A stretch of 24,000 nt of DNA from an uncultured archaeon (GTDB lineage Archaea > Halobacteriota > Methanosarcinia > Methanosarcinales > Methanoperedenaceae), in the NCBI GenBank assembly GCA_902386135.1, contig CABMIB010000040.1:1916-25915 (forward strand), in the 5' to 3' direction. A program made the position numbers and the translations under genes. Shown here one piece after another: positions 23,851 through 24,000 of this stretch. The notes below the pieces were generated by a model. It saw only the letters and a program-made list of their open reading frames with translations, was not told the origin of the DNA and did not search any database. Every line of letters begins with the position of its first letter. Position 1 is the first letter of the stretch.

Positions 23851-24000
23851 CTATCCCAGTAGACCTGTTGCACGCCATGTAATAATCCCGCATGCAAAGT
23901 GCAACATGGCAATGTAGGTGTCAGCCCTTTTCTCCCACCTGATAAGATCGTATTTCAGAAGACTCCGCTTCCAAAATTCTTCAAAAACCCCTGCCTCAGT
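23851..24000 (-). mobile_element. C-terminal 49 codons of an IS5/IS4-type DDE transposase (gene continues beyond the right edge)
   Basis: Hand translation gives ...TEAGVFEEFWKRSLLKYDLIRWEKRADTYIAMLHFACGIITWRATGLLG*. It fits the IS5-family C-terminal pattern (..E..F..LK....L..RY.K....Y.A...LAC..I.WR). Confidence 0.55.

Overview
This is an archaeal (euryarchaeote-like) chromosomal segment with no rRNA, tRNA or CRISPR array. All family calls are by-eye motif recognition and need HMM or structure searches.

- **1-8143:** one long minus-strand array. In transcription order it holds a UPF0282 metallo-beta-lactamase-fold protein, a xylose-isomerase-like TIM barrel and an AT-rich HExxH peptidase. These are followed by RNase P proteins Rpp30 and Pop5, proteasome alpha, SBDS, exosome Rrp4-Rrp41-Rrp42 and ribosomal protein eL43. 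This is the classical archaeal exosome/proteasome superoperon.
- **About 8.2-10.4 kb:** a very AT-rich patch of small secreted and membrane proteins, with a duplicated intergenic module.
- **10.4-13.6 kb:** an FAD oxidoreductase, a PHP phosphoesterase, a circularly permuted GTPase and a YwbE-like protein.
- **About 13.6-16.8 kb:** a second AT-rich patch. It carries a serine-rich tandem-repeat secreted protein, a winged-helix regulator with a nested, SD-sequestering leader, and an unannotated RHH micro-ORF.
- **16.8-22.5 kb:** Elp3, a 28-bp perfect inverted repeat, a pirin, and the replication cluster PCNA-PriL-DHH protein. The DHH motifs look degenerate.
- **22.46-24.0 kb (most unusual):** a tight minus-strand cluster of small genes that abuts an IS5-type transposase fragment. 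It contains a 152-aa protein with a SecB-like pattern and a 45-aa ORF translationally coupled to a ThiS/SAMP2-like ubiquitin-fold protein whose GG is masked by two extra residues. It also contains a second weak 45-aa ORF and a 51-aa 8-Cys zinc microprotein.
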